Shown: positions 18,113 to 26,698 of the stretch, in pieces | Layout of the letters: each line of letters opens with the position of its first letter | Position numbering within the stretch: position 1 is the first letter of the stretch | From: an uncultured archaeon | GTDB lineage: Archaea; Asgardarchaeota; Lokiarchaeia; Sigyniarchaeales; Promethearchaeaceae | DNA: 32,000 nucleotides | Reading direction: 5' to 3' | NCBI GenBank assembly: GCA_964426185.1 | Contig: CAYRPF010000003.1 | Span: 50,913-82,912, forward strand | Translations under genes and position numbers: made by a program | The notes under the pieces: generated by a model | What the model was told of the DNA's origin: nothing | The model's database searches: none | The model's input: the letters and a program-made list of their open reading frames with translations, nothing else

Positions 18113-20068
18113 TTATTCTTCATAAAAATCATCAGAGAAGAGGGATTTCTTTTTTTCACCTGAAAGTAAATCAAGAGATTTTTGCGCTGAAGTGCCATCT
18201 TTTGGGCTTTCCAAGAAGGAGAGTTCTTCTTCTTTTTTTTGTTGAGCAATTTTTGATTCTTGGAGTAATTCATCCATAGTTTTCAGCATATTTTGATGAT
18301 TTTTTTCAATCTCTTTTCTTAGTTTTCTTGCCATTTCCCCACCATAAAAGCTGAAATTTACAATATCGTGGGGGTTTGTTCCTGTAACATTTACTTCCAA
18401 CTCAATATCTTCTGTTCTTAGTCGATAAGTGCCGCGACGTTGAGTTGATTCGCGAAGTTTTCTGCTGAACTGGGGAATAAGACTATCTACAGTAAATCTT
18501 ATAGTATTCCAGATTTCCAAAGAGCAATTAAATGTATATAGTGTTAGAACCCTTATTTTTTCATTAAGCATGGAGATTAAATAACCTCGATTAGGAAAAT
18601 CCATATTATATAATAGTTCTTTGCGAATTTTTACCAAAAGGTCCACATTTTTTGTATGATAGGCTTCAGATATTTGATGAATCTTTTCGCGGTAGGCTTT
18701 AGAATCTAATTTTTTAGCCAAAGGAAGTAGATCTTGATGAACAATAAGATCAATTTTTGCAAATGTTTTTAATTGCTCCAAAGCATCATCTGGAGCTTTT
18801 CCTTCCCGTAAAAGGTCCACTGTTTTATATGCTTTTGAACGGTTTAGAAATCTTTTTCGCACCATTTTTAAAATATTTTTGGTAAATGCGTATTTATTGC
18901 CCCAAAAAGGTGCTTGATTTAAGAATCGATCAACATATTTAACCCGATGGGCTATAACGTAGGGAGCTACCGTTTCAATAACGTTTAGGGTAATTTCAGG
19001 CATTCCTAACAACCAAGTTAAAGCTCTACCATATCGGAGCAGATCTTTAGCCACACGAACTGATAAAATCGAATCACAATTGGAACACGGAATTTTTTCA
19101 GGGATATTGTAATGACAACCAGCACACAACCCTGTACTTGGTTTCAAATAGTCAGAATTTCCCTTATCAATTCTATCACAAAGTGTATATTCCCGAATAA
19201 TCGCATGTATATAGTTTTCTGCTTCCAAACTACATGGAACCTCGCCGACTTCAAACCAGATGTTCAAGACATCTTCTTCTGATAATACTTCTGGAATTTG
19301 AACCAACTCATCATATCCTCCCAGTTTTTCATCTCGACTGCGAAGAATTTGGGAAAGATCTTGGGATGTAGGCATTGAGATGGGAACCGAAATTCCAAAA
19401 CGATCTAAAAATGGCATGGAAAGTTCGAATGTTCCTACATCATTAGGATTAAAAGTTGCATAAATACAATATTTTGAGACATCTAGCACAGAATCATAGT
19501 ATTTGATTTTTCCTTCAGCTAAAAGAGAGAGAAGGATATTTTGTGTATACGGCGAACATCGATTTACTTCATCGATAATTTTCCAGAAACTAGTCGCAAA
19601 TGTGCGCCAGATAACCTTTTCTTGTCCTTCTTTCAATAACTTGGGTAAATTCAAAGTAGCAATAATTTTTTCTTCGGTTAACTGAGGATGGCCCCGTAAA
19701 ATACATTCTTCTGCTTCATCCATGGTCATTCCAGTAAACATTCTTCCCAAATACTTTACAATTGATGTCTTTCCTCCACCATGTCCTCCTACTAGTAGCA
19801 TGGCTGAATTGGGGACTAATGCATTAAGAATGCAAAGTGTTAAGATTTCTGGTAATTCAAAAGCCTTTCCTCTTTTTGACGTTTTTTTCTTTTTCTTTTT
19901 AGTAGATTTTTTTGATCTATGAGGTTGAGGATTTAAGAAATCAGTAAGAAGGGTTTTTGGAGCATATTTTAGTAATAGAGTATTGCTATGGACGAATAGT
20001 TGATTTGCTTGAATGGTGTTAATAATGAACCAGACTTTTTCTCTGAAATAATTATGTTCTGTTTCCAT
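18113..20068 (-). CDS. MoxR-like AAA+ ATPase with a cysteine-rich insertion
   Basis: Walker A GGHGGGKT, Walker B KIIDEVNR, TQNILLSLLAEG, ATFNP, PFLDRF, sensor-2 SVR. Confidence 0.9.
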   Translation of the reverse strand: METEHNYFREKVWFIINTIQANQLFVHSNTLLLKYAPKTLLTDFLNPQPHRSKKSTKKKKKKTSKRGKAFELPEILTLCILNALVPNSAMLLVGGHGGGKTSIVKYLGRMFTGMTMDEAEECILRGHPQLTEEKIIATLNLPKLLKEGQEKVIWRTFATSFWKIIDEVNRCSPYTQNILLSLLAEGKIKYYDSVLDVSKYCIYATFNPNDVGTFELSMPFLDRFGISVPISMPTSQDLSQILRSRDEKLGGYDELVQIPEVLSEEDVLNIWFEVGEVPCSLEAENYIHAIIREYTLCDRIDKGNSDYLKPSTGLCAGCHYNIPEKIPCSNCDSILSVRVAKDLLRYGRALTWLLGMPEITLNVIETVAPYVIAHRVKYVDRFLNQAPFWGNKYAFTKNILKMVRKRFLNRSKAYKTVDLLREGKAPDDALEQLKTFAKIDLIVHQDLLPLAKKLDSKAYREKIHQISEAYHTKNVDLLVKIRKELLYNMDFPNRGYLISMLNEKIRVLTLYTFNCSLEIWNTIRFTVDSLIPQFSRKLRESTQRRGTYRLRTEDIELEVNVTGTNPHDIVNFSFYGGEMARKLRKEIEKNHQNMLKTMDELLQESKIAQQKKEEELSFLESPKDGTSAQKSLDLLSGEKKKSLFSDDFYEE

Positions 20069-20092
20069 CTTTTCTTCTTCGCCACGATTTTT

Positions 20093-20100
20093 TATATAAA
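20093..20100 (-). promoter_or_regulatory. TATA box for the AAA-vWA operon
   Basis: TTTATATA at -32 to -25 from ATG 20068. Confidence 0.65.
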
Positions 20101-20170
20101 TGAAAAGTAATGTAAAGTAATGTGAAATAATATAAAATTACCTAAAATAATCTAAAATAATCTAAGAATG
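20101..20170. repeat. Degenerate 10-bp tandem repeat, 6-7 units
   Basis: TGAAAAGTAA TGTAAAGTAA TGTGAAATAA TATAAAATTA CCTAAAATAA TCTAAAATAA TCTAAGAATG. Confidence 0.8.
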
Positions 20171-20290
20171 AACTTCTTTAATTCTTTCTATTCCCACATC
20201 AATAAAATACAATAACACCCCCTTTTAAAAGAAGGGTTTGTTGTGCGAAAAATCATAAAAATTATAGGAAACAATTTGCGTTATGGTTAT

Positions 20291-20917
20291 ATGGATGAAA
20301 ATAAAAAAACCGAAAACCCCAATCAAGAAGAAGATGAACAAAAATCACATGATTTAATAAAAGATTCTGAATCTGCTGAAGAAAAAAACTCTGATAATAT
20401 CGATGAAAATCTTCAAAAATTACTCTCTGAAGAAGAACGTGAAAAGATGGAAAAGAATTTAGATTTAGTTGTCTCATATTTAGAAGATATTGGAATTGTA
20501 GATATGAATATTGATCGGAAAAAAATGATTATTGCTATCCCTTTTGATTATGAAGATTTTACGTTTTTGAGCCATATTGTAATGAGTGCCGATTGGATTT
20601 TGATTAAGACTTCCATCTTTGAGATAGAGCGTTTAGCTGAATCCTCTTTAATAAATCTTTTTGCAGAAGTTTTGAAGGGAAATTTTATTTTGAACAGTGT
20701 GGTTTATTCACTTGACCCTGAAAATAAGAGTATTTGGGCTCAAGCAGATGTACCTATTTCTGCGGATTTTGATACTTTTAAGCTAAGTTATTTCAGTATT
20801 GTCTTTGCGATCGATTATTTTATGAAAAACATTAGTTCAAAGCTGCAGATGAATCTGAAATCAACAGCCGAAAAAAAGGATTTTCGTGATACTACTACTT
20901 CAAATTTGTATATCTGA
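20291..20917 (+). CDS. YbjN/CesT-like (T3SS-chaperone fold) protein with an acidic disordered N-terminus
   Basis: Helix, three strands, helix (EVLKGNF), YSLDPENKSIWAQADVP, final helix: the alpha-beta3-alpha-beta2-alpha pattern of this fold. Confidence 0.6.
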   Translation: MDENKKTENPNQEEDEQKSHDLIKDSESAEEKNSDNIDENLQKLLSEEEREKMEKNLDLVVSYLEDIGIVDMNIDRKKMIIAIPFDYEDFTFLSHIVMSADWILIKTSIFEIERLAESSLINLFAEVLKGNFILNSVVYSLDPENKSIWAQADVPISADFDTFKLSYFSIVFAIDYFMKNISSKLQMNLKSTAEKKDFRDTTTSNLYI

Positions 20918-20965
20918 ATAGCATCGTTCTAAAAATTTTTTATTTTTGAATGATTTTATTCAATC

Positions 20966-21646
20966 GTGCCGAAGTCTAATCCTAAACATATTAAAAAAAA
21001 AGTAGTATACCAGCGAAGTAAGTCTTTGCAGAAACACACTATTCCAACCCGTTATTGGATAATGGGGGTTTTTGGAATAGTTATTATTGCTGGTGTAATT
21101 GTTCTTGCAGTAACTTGGGATGATATTACAGGAAATGTGAACAATGATGATGATAATCCTCAAAAACTCTCTCGTGTTGTTGATGGGTGCTGGGTTACCA
21201 TGGCTTATCGGATTTACTATGACAAAAATGGAGATGGAGAGATTGATTATACTGGACTTGATGTGGAAATTTACGATGAGAAAACTATTGATTATCCATT
21301 TACTACCCAGGTAACCACGGAAAGATTAATTTTAGGATGGTATCGAGGTTTATTAGGTTTAGCCAAAGGTGAAGAAGATTATATTAATATCGAAGCTTTT
21401 GTTGATACTGATGGAGATGGTCGTAATGATGATTCTGGCGAACCTCCTCTCGGTTATACGGTTGGGACTTTAAAGTATAAAGCTCTCATTATCTTTGTGC
21501 ATATTATTGAAATATATGCAGAAGAAGGTTTCGATCCAAACACTATTCCATATTATCCTACAGCCATAACTAACCCAATAACCACAAATAATAATTTTCC
21601 CGCTCTTTTTAGTTACTTTTCGAAGATGAAGAAATGTGCAGTATAA
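20966..21646 (+). CDS. Membrane-anchored FKBP-type peptidyl-prolyl isomerase-like protein
   Basis: Basic N-terminus plus one TM. GCWVTMAY, PFTTQV..RLILGWYRGLLGLAKGE, GY and ALIIFVHIIEI match the FKBP core. Two Dx[DN]xDG loops. GTG start. Confidence 0.75.
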   Translation: MPKSNPKHIKKKVVYQRSKSLQKHTIPTRYWIMGVFGIVIIAGVIVLAVTWDDITGNVNNDDDNPQKLSRVVDGCWVTMAYRIYYDKNGDGEIDYTGLDVEIYDEKTIDYPFTTQVTTERLILGWYRGLLGLAKGEEDYINIEAFVDTDGDGRNDDSGEPPLGYTVGTLKYKALIIFVHIIEIYAEEGFDPNTIPYYPTAITNPITTNNNFPALFSYFSKMKKCAV

Positions 21647-23795
21647 GATTTTTCCTTTTTCTGCCTTTTTTGGATATGATCTTGCAAAAATGGGTTTAAT
21701 CACTGCCTTAATTGATCCAAATATTGGCGGTATTCTTATATCTGGATCTCAAGGTTGCGGAAAAACAGTCATTGCAAGATCACTTCAAGCTTTACTGCCC
21801 TCAGAATCTCCATTTGTAGATATTCCTTTAGGCGTTTCAGAGGATATGTTGATTGGAACTCTTGATTTGGAACATACTATTAAAACGGGAGAAAAAAGAT
21901 TCATAAAAGGATTGTTATCTAAAGCTAACGGTGGAATATTATTTATTGATGAAATTAATTTGATGCAAGATCATATTATTGATTTACTTCTAGATGTTAG
22001 TGAATCACATTTTCAGAATATTGAGCGGGAAGGTTTTTCTCTTCAAGAACAAGTTTGTTTCACCTTGATTGGGACAATGGATCCAAGTGAAGGGGAACTT
22101 CGTCCTCAGATTCAAGACCGATTTGGAATCGAGCTTAATTTTCAACCTATAAAAAATTTACGTGATAGAGCGAAGATAACCAAGCGAATCTTTGAATTTC
22201 AAACAGATCTTGATAAATTTATCAATAAATTTAAGAAATCTCAAGAATTATTACGTCAAAAAATTATCACAGCAAGAAATTTGCGAGATTCAATTATAAT
22301 TCCGCCTTCTTTTTATGTAAAAGCTTCTCAATTAGTCAGAACTTTACATATTAACTCTCAACGCGCCGAAATTCGTTTTCTTCTTGTAGCACGAGCAATT
22401 GCTGCCTTTCATGGGCATAATTATATTTCAGAAATTGATTTAGAACGTGCCTTACAATTAGTTTTTGCTGGAAAATTGCAACGTATATATGGGAAATCAA
22501 TGAATCCAAATTTCTTACAAGAAACATTTCTGGAGATCTGGCATAAAATCCGAAGTTTTCCCCAGCCTGAATCATCTGAATCTCCAAACATGGAAAAGTC
22601 TTCCTACCCGAAAGTTTTTCGTTCATCCGTTAAAATTGGCACAAAATACTCAGAAAACCCTCCCCCTAAAAATAATTCCGACCTTCCCGAAATAGAAAAT
22701 CATGGTCTCGAAAAAAAGGCATCTTCCGATCGTTTTACAAATTACCCATTGGATTCTTCAGAAATACCAGGAATCAAAGGTGGGGCTCCTTCAGATGAAG
22801 TTTCTTCAAATAAAAATGATTCATTTGCTGCTATCAGAACTCATAATCCCCCGATAAAGATGGATCTTTCCATGATATTCAAGTACTCTCAAAAAAGAAA
22901 GAGAATAGTGAATTATACTGGAAGAGGCTCACGTATAAAAGTACTTTCTCGATCAAATGGCCGATATGTATATACTCGCAAGCCCAATCAAAAACGTCCT
23001 CATTCCATTGCATTTGATGCAACGATTAAAGCTCACTACTTGCATTATCCTCATTCTTTGGAGAAAATTTCTAACACAATTTTTATGCACTCTTCCCCAA
23101 TCCAAGGTGAATCTTTAGCAATCCATTTAAATTATTCGGATATACATGAAAAAATCATGGAATTACGTGCTCCTCTTTCATTATACTTCATTGTAGACGC
23201 TAGTGCTTCCATGAGGCGAGTATTACCATTAACAATTAAAATAATTGAAAGTGTTCATTCTGAAGGTTATAAAAAGAAGGATAAAATTTCAGTGCTATCA
23301 TTCCAAGGTCGTGAAGTTGAAATTCTCCAACGACCATCTGTTTCTTTTTCAGTGGCTTTGAAAAAATTACAAAATCTACAAGCATCATCCTATACTCCTT
23401 TAGCAGCTGCTTTACAAACAACCCTTCGATTGATTTCACAGGAAACTATAAAGGGGTTTTCAATTCCAATCATCATCATATTAAGTGATTTGGGTGCAAA
23501 TATATCCCTCTCTTATCCTGAACGCAATATTTCCACTCGAGAAGATTTTGATTTAATTGCAGATGAACTTGAGCAAATTGCCCACAAAATCGGTCGTCTG
23601 GGCTATTTCTGTATTATTATGAAACCTTTAAAATCATTTGCAACCAGATATTTAGGTGTAGATTATCGTTCCGTTCAAAAAATCGAAAAAAGCTTTGTTC
23701 AATGGGGCAATACTCAGATATTCGAGTATGATACAACCGATTTTGATGGTACTATCATGAATTTTAAAGAAATTGTAAATGAAATGATTTCATAA
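21636..23795 (+). CDS. Chelatase ChlI/ChlD-like AAA+ ATPase fused to a vWA domain
   Basis: DPNIGGILISGSQGCGKT, IPLGVSEDMLIGTLD, GLLSKANGGILFIDEINL, EGELRPQIQDRFG, Pro/Ser linker, VDASASM, TPLA, SD. Confidence 0.9.
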   Translation: MQYKIFPFSAFFGYDLAKMGLITALIDPNIGGILISGSQGCGKTVIARSLQALLPSESPFVDIPLGVSEDMLIGTLDLEHTIKTGEKRFIKGLLSKANGGILFIDEINLMQDHIIDLLLDVSESHFQNIEREGFSLQEQVCFTLIGTMDPSEGELRPQIQDRFGIELNFQPIKNLRDRAKITKRIFEFQTDLDKFINKFKKSQELLRQKIITARNLRDSIIIPPSFYVKASQLVRTLHINSQRAEIRFLLVARAIAAFHGHNYISEIDLERALQLVFAGKLQRIYGKSMNPNFLQETFLEIWHKIRSFPQPESSESPNMEKSSYPKVFRSSVKIGTKYSENPPPKNNSDLPEIENHGLEKKASSDRFTNYPLDSSEIPGIKGGAPSDEVSSNKNDSFAAIRTHNPPIKMDLSMIFKYSQKRKRIVNYTGRGSRIKVLSRSNGRYVYTRKPNQKRPHSIAFDATIKAHYLHYPHSLEKISNTIFMHSSPIQGESLAIHLNYSDIHEKIMELRAPLSLYFIVDASASMRRVLPLTIKIIESVHSEGYKKKDKISVLSFQGREVEILQRPSVSFSVALKKLQNLQASSYTPLAAALQTTLRLISQETIKGFSIPIIIILSDLGANISLSYPERNISTREDFDLIADELEQIAHKIGRLGYFCIIMKPLKSFATRYLGVDYRSVQKIEKSFVQWGNTQIFEYDTTDFDGTIMNFKEIVNEMIS

Positions 23796-23812
23796 TCAAA
23801 TTGAAGTTCAAC

Positions 23813-25498
23813 TTAATTGGAATTTTTCAATTTTTTAACCATCTGAATAAATTTCAAGTAAATTGGAGATGGTTTATATGGTCTTGAGCAGTATTCTGGA
23901 TGGAATTGAGTTCCTACCATAAAAGGATGCACTTTTTCAGAAAGTTCAATTGCATTGACAATTTTTCCTGTTTCATCATATGCTGACACATTTAATCCTT
24001 TTTCCCGCACATTATCATCAATAAACTTTTCATTAATATGAAATCGATGGCGGAATCGCTCGCGAATGGTTGTTTCTTGATAAGCTTGGAATAACAAAGT
24101 ATTTTCCCTAACAATTACTATTTGACCTCCCAATCGCATTGTCCCTCCCATATTTACAATATTTTGCTGCTCATCCATCATACTTACAACAGGATTTTGT
24201 GTGTTGGGTTTAATTTCTGTGGAATGTGCGTCTGTAATTCCCATTTGATAGCGGATAAATGCCACAAAAAATAATTGTGCTCCGAAACATATTCCTAAAT
24301 AGGGTTTTTTCTTTTCAATGGCGTATTTTGCAGTTAAAATCATTCCTTCAACTCCACGGGTTCCAAAACCGGGAGTTAGTAATATCCCATCACAAGTCTC
24401 CAATTCTTGAATGAAATCCTCTTTTTCAGTATCCACAAAAACTATTTCTAGATTTACATGTTCATGTGCGCATGAATGTTTTAACGCTTCATTAATTGAA
24501 ACATAACTGTCTCTATTATCAACATATTTTCCGGGCATGGCAATTCGAAGTGTTTCTGCGTAATTTTGGACAAACAAATCCGCAGTTTTCTTCCATTCTG
24601 AATAGTTGTTTACATTACTAAACTCCACAAGTTTTGGCTTAAGATTAAGATGAATTCCAAGTAAATCACCAAGTCTTTGTTCTTCAAATATAAGTGGAAC
24701 GCTGTAAATTGATTTGATATCTGGATTTGAAATTACATGGTCGGGAGGTACATTTGTAAACAAAGATATTTTCCGTTTTAATTCTTCTGGAATTTCAATT
24801 TTTGATCTACAAATGAGAAAATCTGGTTGCAACCCTGCACTCTGTAATTCTTTTACAGAATGTTGAGTGGGTTTACTTTTTAATTCTCCCACTGCTTCTG
24901 AATAGGGTACTAAGGTTACATGAATTAATGCCGTATCTTCTTTAGGAAATTCTAATCGTAATTGACGAAATGCTTCTAAAAAGATAATCGATTCGACATC
25001 ACCCACGGTTCCACCGCATTCGATAATTAGAACATCGATATTTTCTTGAATTGCAATATTTTTTATCCGATCTTTTATCATATCTGTGCAATGTGGAATA
25101 ATTTGAACTGTTTTACCTAGATAGTTTCCCTTTCGCTCTTTTAGTATGGTTTCAAAATATATTTGGCCTGATGTTATATTATGTGAAGGATGAATAAAAT
25201 CCCCTAAAAAGCGTTCATAGGTTCCAAAATCTTGGTCTAATTCGCCGATTTTAGTGGTAATATATGGATTACGTCCGTCATCATTGATTGGATTGAAATG
25301 CCAGACTTGATCTGTAATAAAACATTCTCCATGTTCCACCGGATTCAAAGTGCCTGGATCAACATTCAGATAAGGGTCTATTTTAAGCGCCGAAACTTTA
25401 AAACCTCGAAATTGGCAAAGTTTTCCGATAGAAGCAGTGGTCACACCTTTACCGATGCCGCTCATTACCCCTCCGGTAACAAAAACGAACTTTGGCAT
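23813..25498 (-). CDS. pyrG: CTP synthase
   Basis: VTGGVMSGIGKG, KIDPYLNVDPGT, ECGGTVGDVE, KSKPTQHSV, and glutaminase motifs PGFG, GICFG, QFHPE. Confidence 0.98.
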   Translation of the reverse strand: MPKFVFVTGGVMSGIGKGVTTASIGKLCQFRGFKVSALKIDPYLNVDPGTLNPVEHGECFITDQVWHFNPINDDGRNPYITTKIGELDQDFGTYERFLGDFIHPSHNITSGQIYFETILKERKGNYLGKTVQIIPHCTDMIKDRIKNIAIQENIDVLIIECGGTVGDVESIIFLEAFRQLRLEFPKEDTALIHVTLVPYSEAVGELKSKPTQHSVKELQSAGLQPDFLICRSKIEIPEELKRKISLFTNVPPDHVISNPDIKSIYSVPLIFEEQRLGDLLGIHLNLKPKLVEFSNVNNYSEWKKTADLFVQNYAETLRIAMPGKYVDNRDSYVSINEALKHSCAHEHVNLEIVFVDTEKEDFIQELETCDGILLTPGFGTRGVEGMILTAKYAIEKKKPYLGICFGAQLFFVAFIRYQMGITDAHSTEIKPNTQNPVVSMMDEQQNIVNMGGTMRLGGQIVIVRENTLLFQAYQETTIRERFRHRFHINEKFIDDNVREKGLNVSAYDETGKIVNAIELSEKVHPFMVGTQFHPEYCSRPYKPSPIYLKFIQMVKKLKNSN

Positions 25499-25573
25499 GT
25501 TACCTAAAAGTCGGGAAAATTTAAAAAATCATTTATTAACAAAATAAATGAGAAAAAAATTCAAAGTTCAATT

Positions 25574-25945
25574 TTATTGAAACTTCTGTAAAAAAGTCAA
25601 ATTATATTTAGCTTTGGTGAGAACATCTTCAATTTTTTTTTTAGTGATTGGTTTAATGAGAAATTCATTAAAAGCTATCCTTATTTGAGGTTTTAAAAGC
25701 AATTCAGCCATGCCAACTTTGAAACTATCATCATTAGAAACTTCATACATCAATTCATTTCCTTGAAGACCACCCTTTAGATAAACTTCAGAAATGATAA
25801 GATCGAATTTTTTCTTTCTTAGGTGCTTCTGAGCATCGACACTTGAGTGACAGGTCGTAATCTCATGAGTAGGGTCAATTTGTAAAATAAATTGCTTGAT
25901 CTGATCTTGATTTTGTAGATCGTCATCAATCAGTAATATGTCCAT
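25574..25945 (-). CDS. Stand-alone receiver-domain protein, atypical (pseudo-receiver)
   Basis: ILLIDDD, FDLIISE (E at the phospho-Asp position), FLIKP. Confidence 0.85.
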   Translation of the reverse strand: MDILLIDDDLQNQDQIKQFILQIDPTHEITTCHSSVDAQKHLRKKKFDLIISEVYLKGGLQGNELMYEVSNDDSFKVGMAELLLKPQIRIAFNEFLIKPITKKKIEDVLTKAKYNLTFLQKFQ

Positions 25946-25997
25946 TGCTGGAATACAAAATGAATTCTATCCTTAAAACTATATTGAATATTTCAAA

Positions 25998-26564
25998 TTA
26001 TAATTTTTTCCCTCTTAGCCAAGCTTCCATTACCAATGTGTTGAAAATCTTTATATGGTTGGGATCTGTGGTTTGCACTAATAATATTTGATCTTTCTTG
26101 GAACCGCAAGCACCGAAAAGCAATTTTTCGCCATCAATTAATGCACAAAATCTGTCATTTCCATCATATAAACGAAAAGTGATGTTATCAAAGCCTTGCA
26201 ATTCATCTAAAATTTCTTGATCTGATGAATTTCCTGATTCTATATTGCAAGCCACCTTGATATTTACATTTGCACTAATCTCGAATAGAAAAAGAACACC
26301 AATATCTTGTATAGATGGCGCTGTTAGAATAATATTATGCTGAGCGGTCTGGATCGCTTCATATAATTTTTGAATAACTTCTTTGCGAGGGTAATAATGG
26401 GCATTTCCTTGTTCTAAAGAGCGAAGTCGTGTTTCTAACTCCTCAACTTCATCATCCGCTGCTTCTAAATCTTCTTTTAAGAAAATCATTTCTTCTTCTA
26501 ATGAATTGATCTTTTCTTTTAATTTGGTTATTTCATCGTTGGTTGTGGGAATTATTCTCACCAT
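25998..26564 (-). CDS. Coiled-coil plus TrmB-effector/PLD-like domain protein
   Basis: Acidic heptads at about aa 10-52, then LYEAIQTAQHNIILTAP...CALIDGEKLLFG. No HKD motif. Confidence 0.6.
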   Translation of the reverse strand: MVRIIPTTNDEITKLKEKINSLEEEMIFLKEDLEAADDEVEELETRLRSLEQGNAHYYPRKEVIQKLYEAIQTAQHNIILTAPSIQDIGVLFLFEISANVNIKVACNIESGNSSDQEILDELQGFDNITFRLYDGNDRFCALIDGEKLLFGACGSKKDQILLVQTTDPNHIKIFNTLVMEAWLRGKKL

Positions 26565-26698
26565 CTCATTATAACGGTTATAAAAAATATTGGTTTCGAA
26601 GTAAAAAAGTATTTTCCTTCTATTATTTATTTCTGATGTAAAATCATTAAGGTAGAGGAAACTTTTTTTTATTTGTTGATGATATATTAGTGTTTAAT

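Noticed and set aside
18094-18273. 60-aa N-terminal extension of the vWA ORF in the ORF track
   Set aside because: It overlaps the AAA gene end in another frame and is low-complexity; ATG 18093 is more plausible.
20101-20170. Possible CRISPR array
   Set aside because: Units are 10 bp, contiguous and degenerate, with no spacers and no cas genes.
25244-25312. Intein in pyrG
   Set aside because: Far too short, and lacks the C/S start and HN-C/S/T end.
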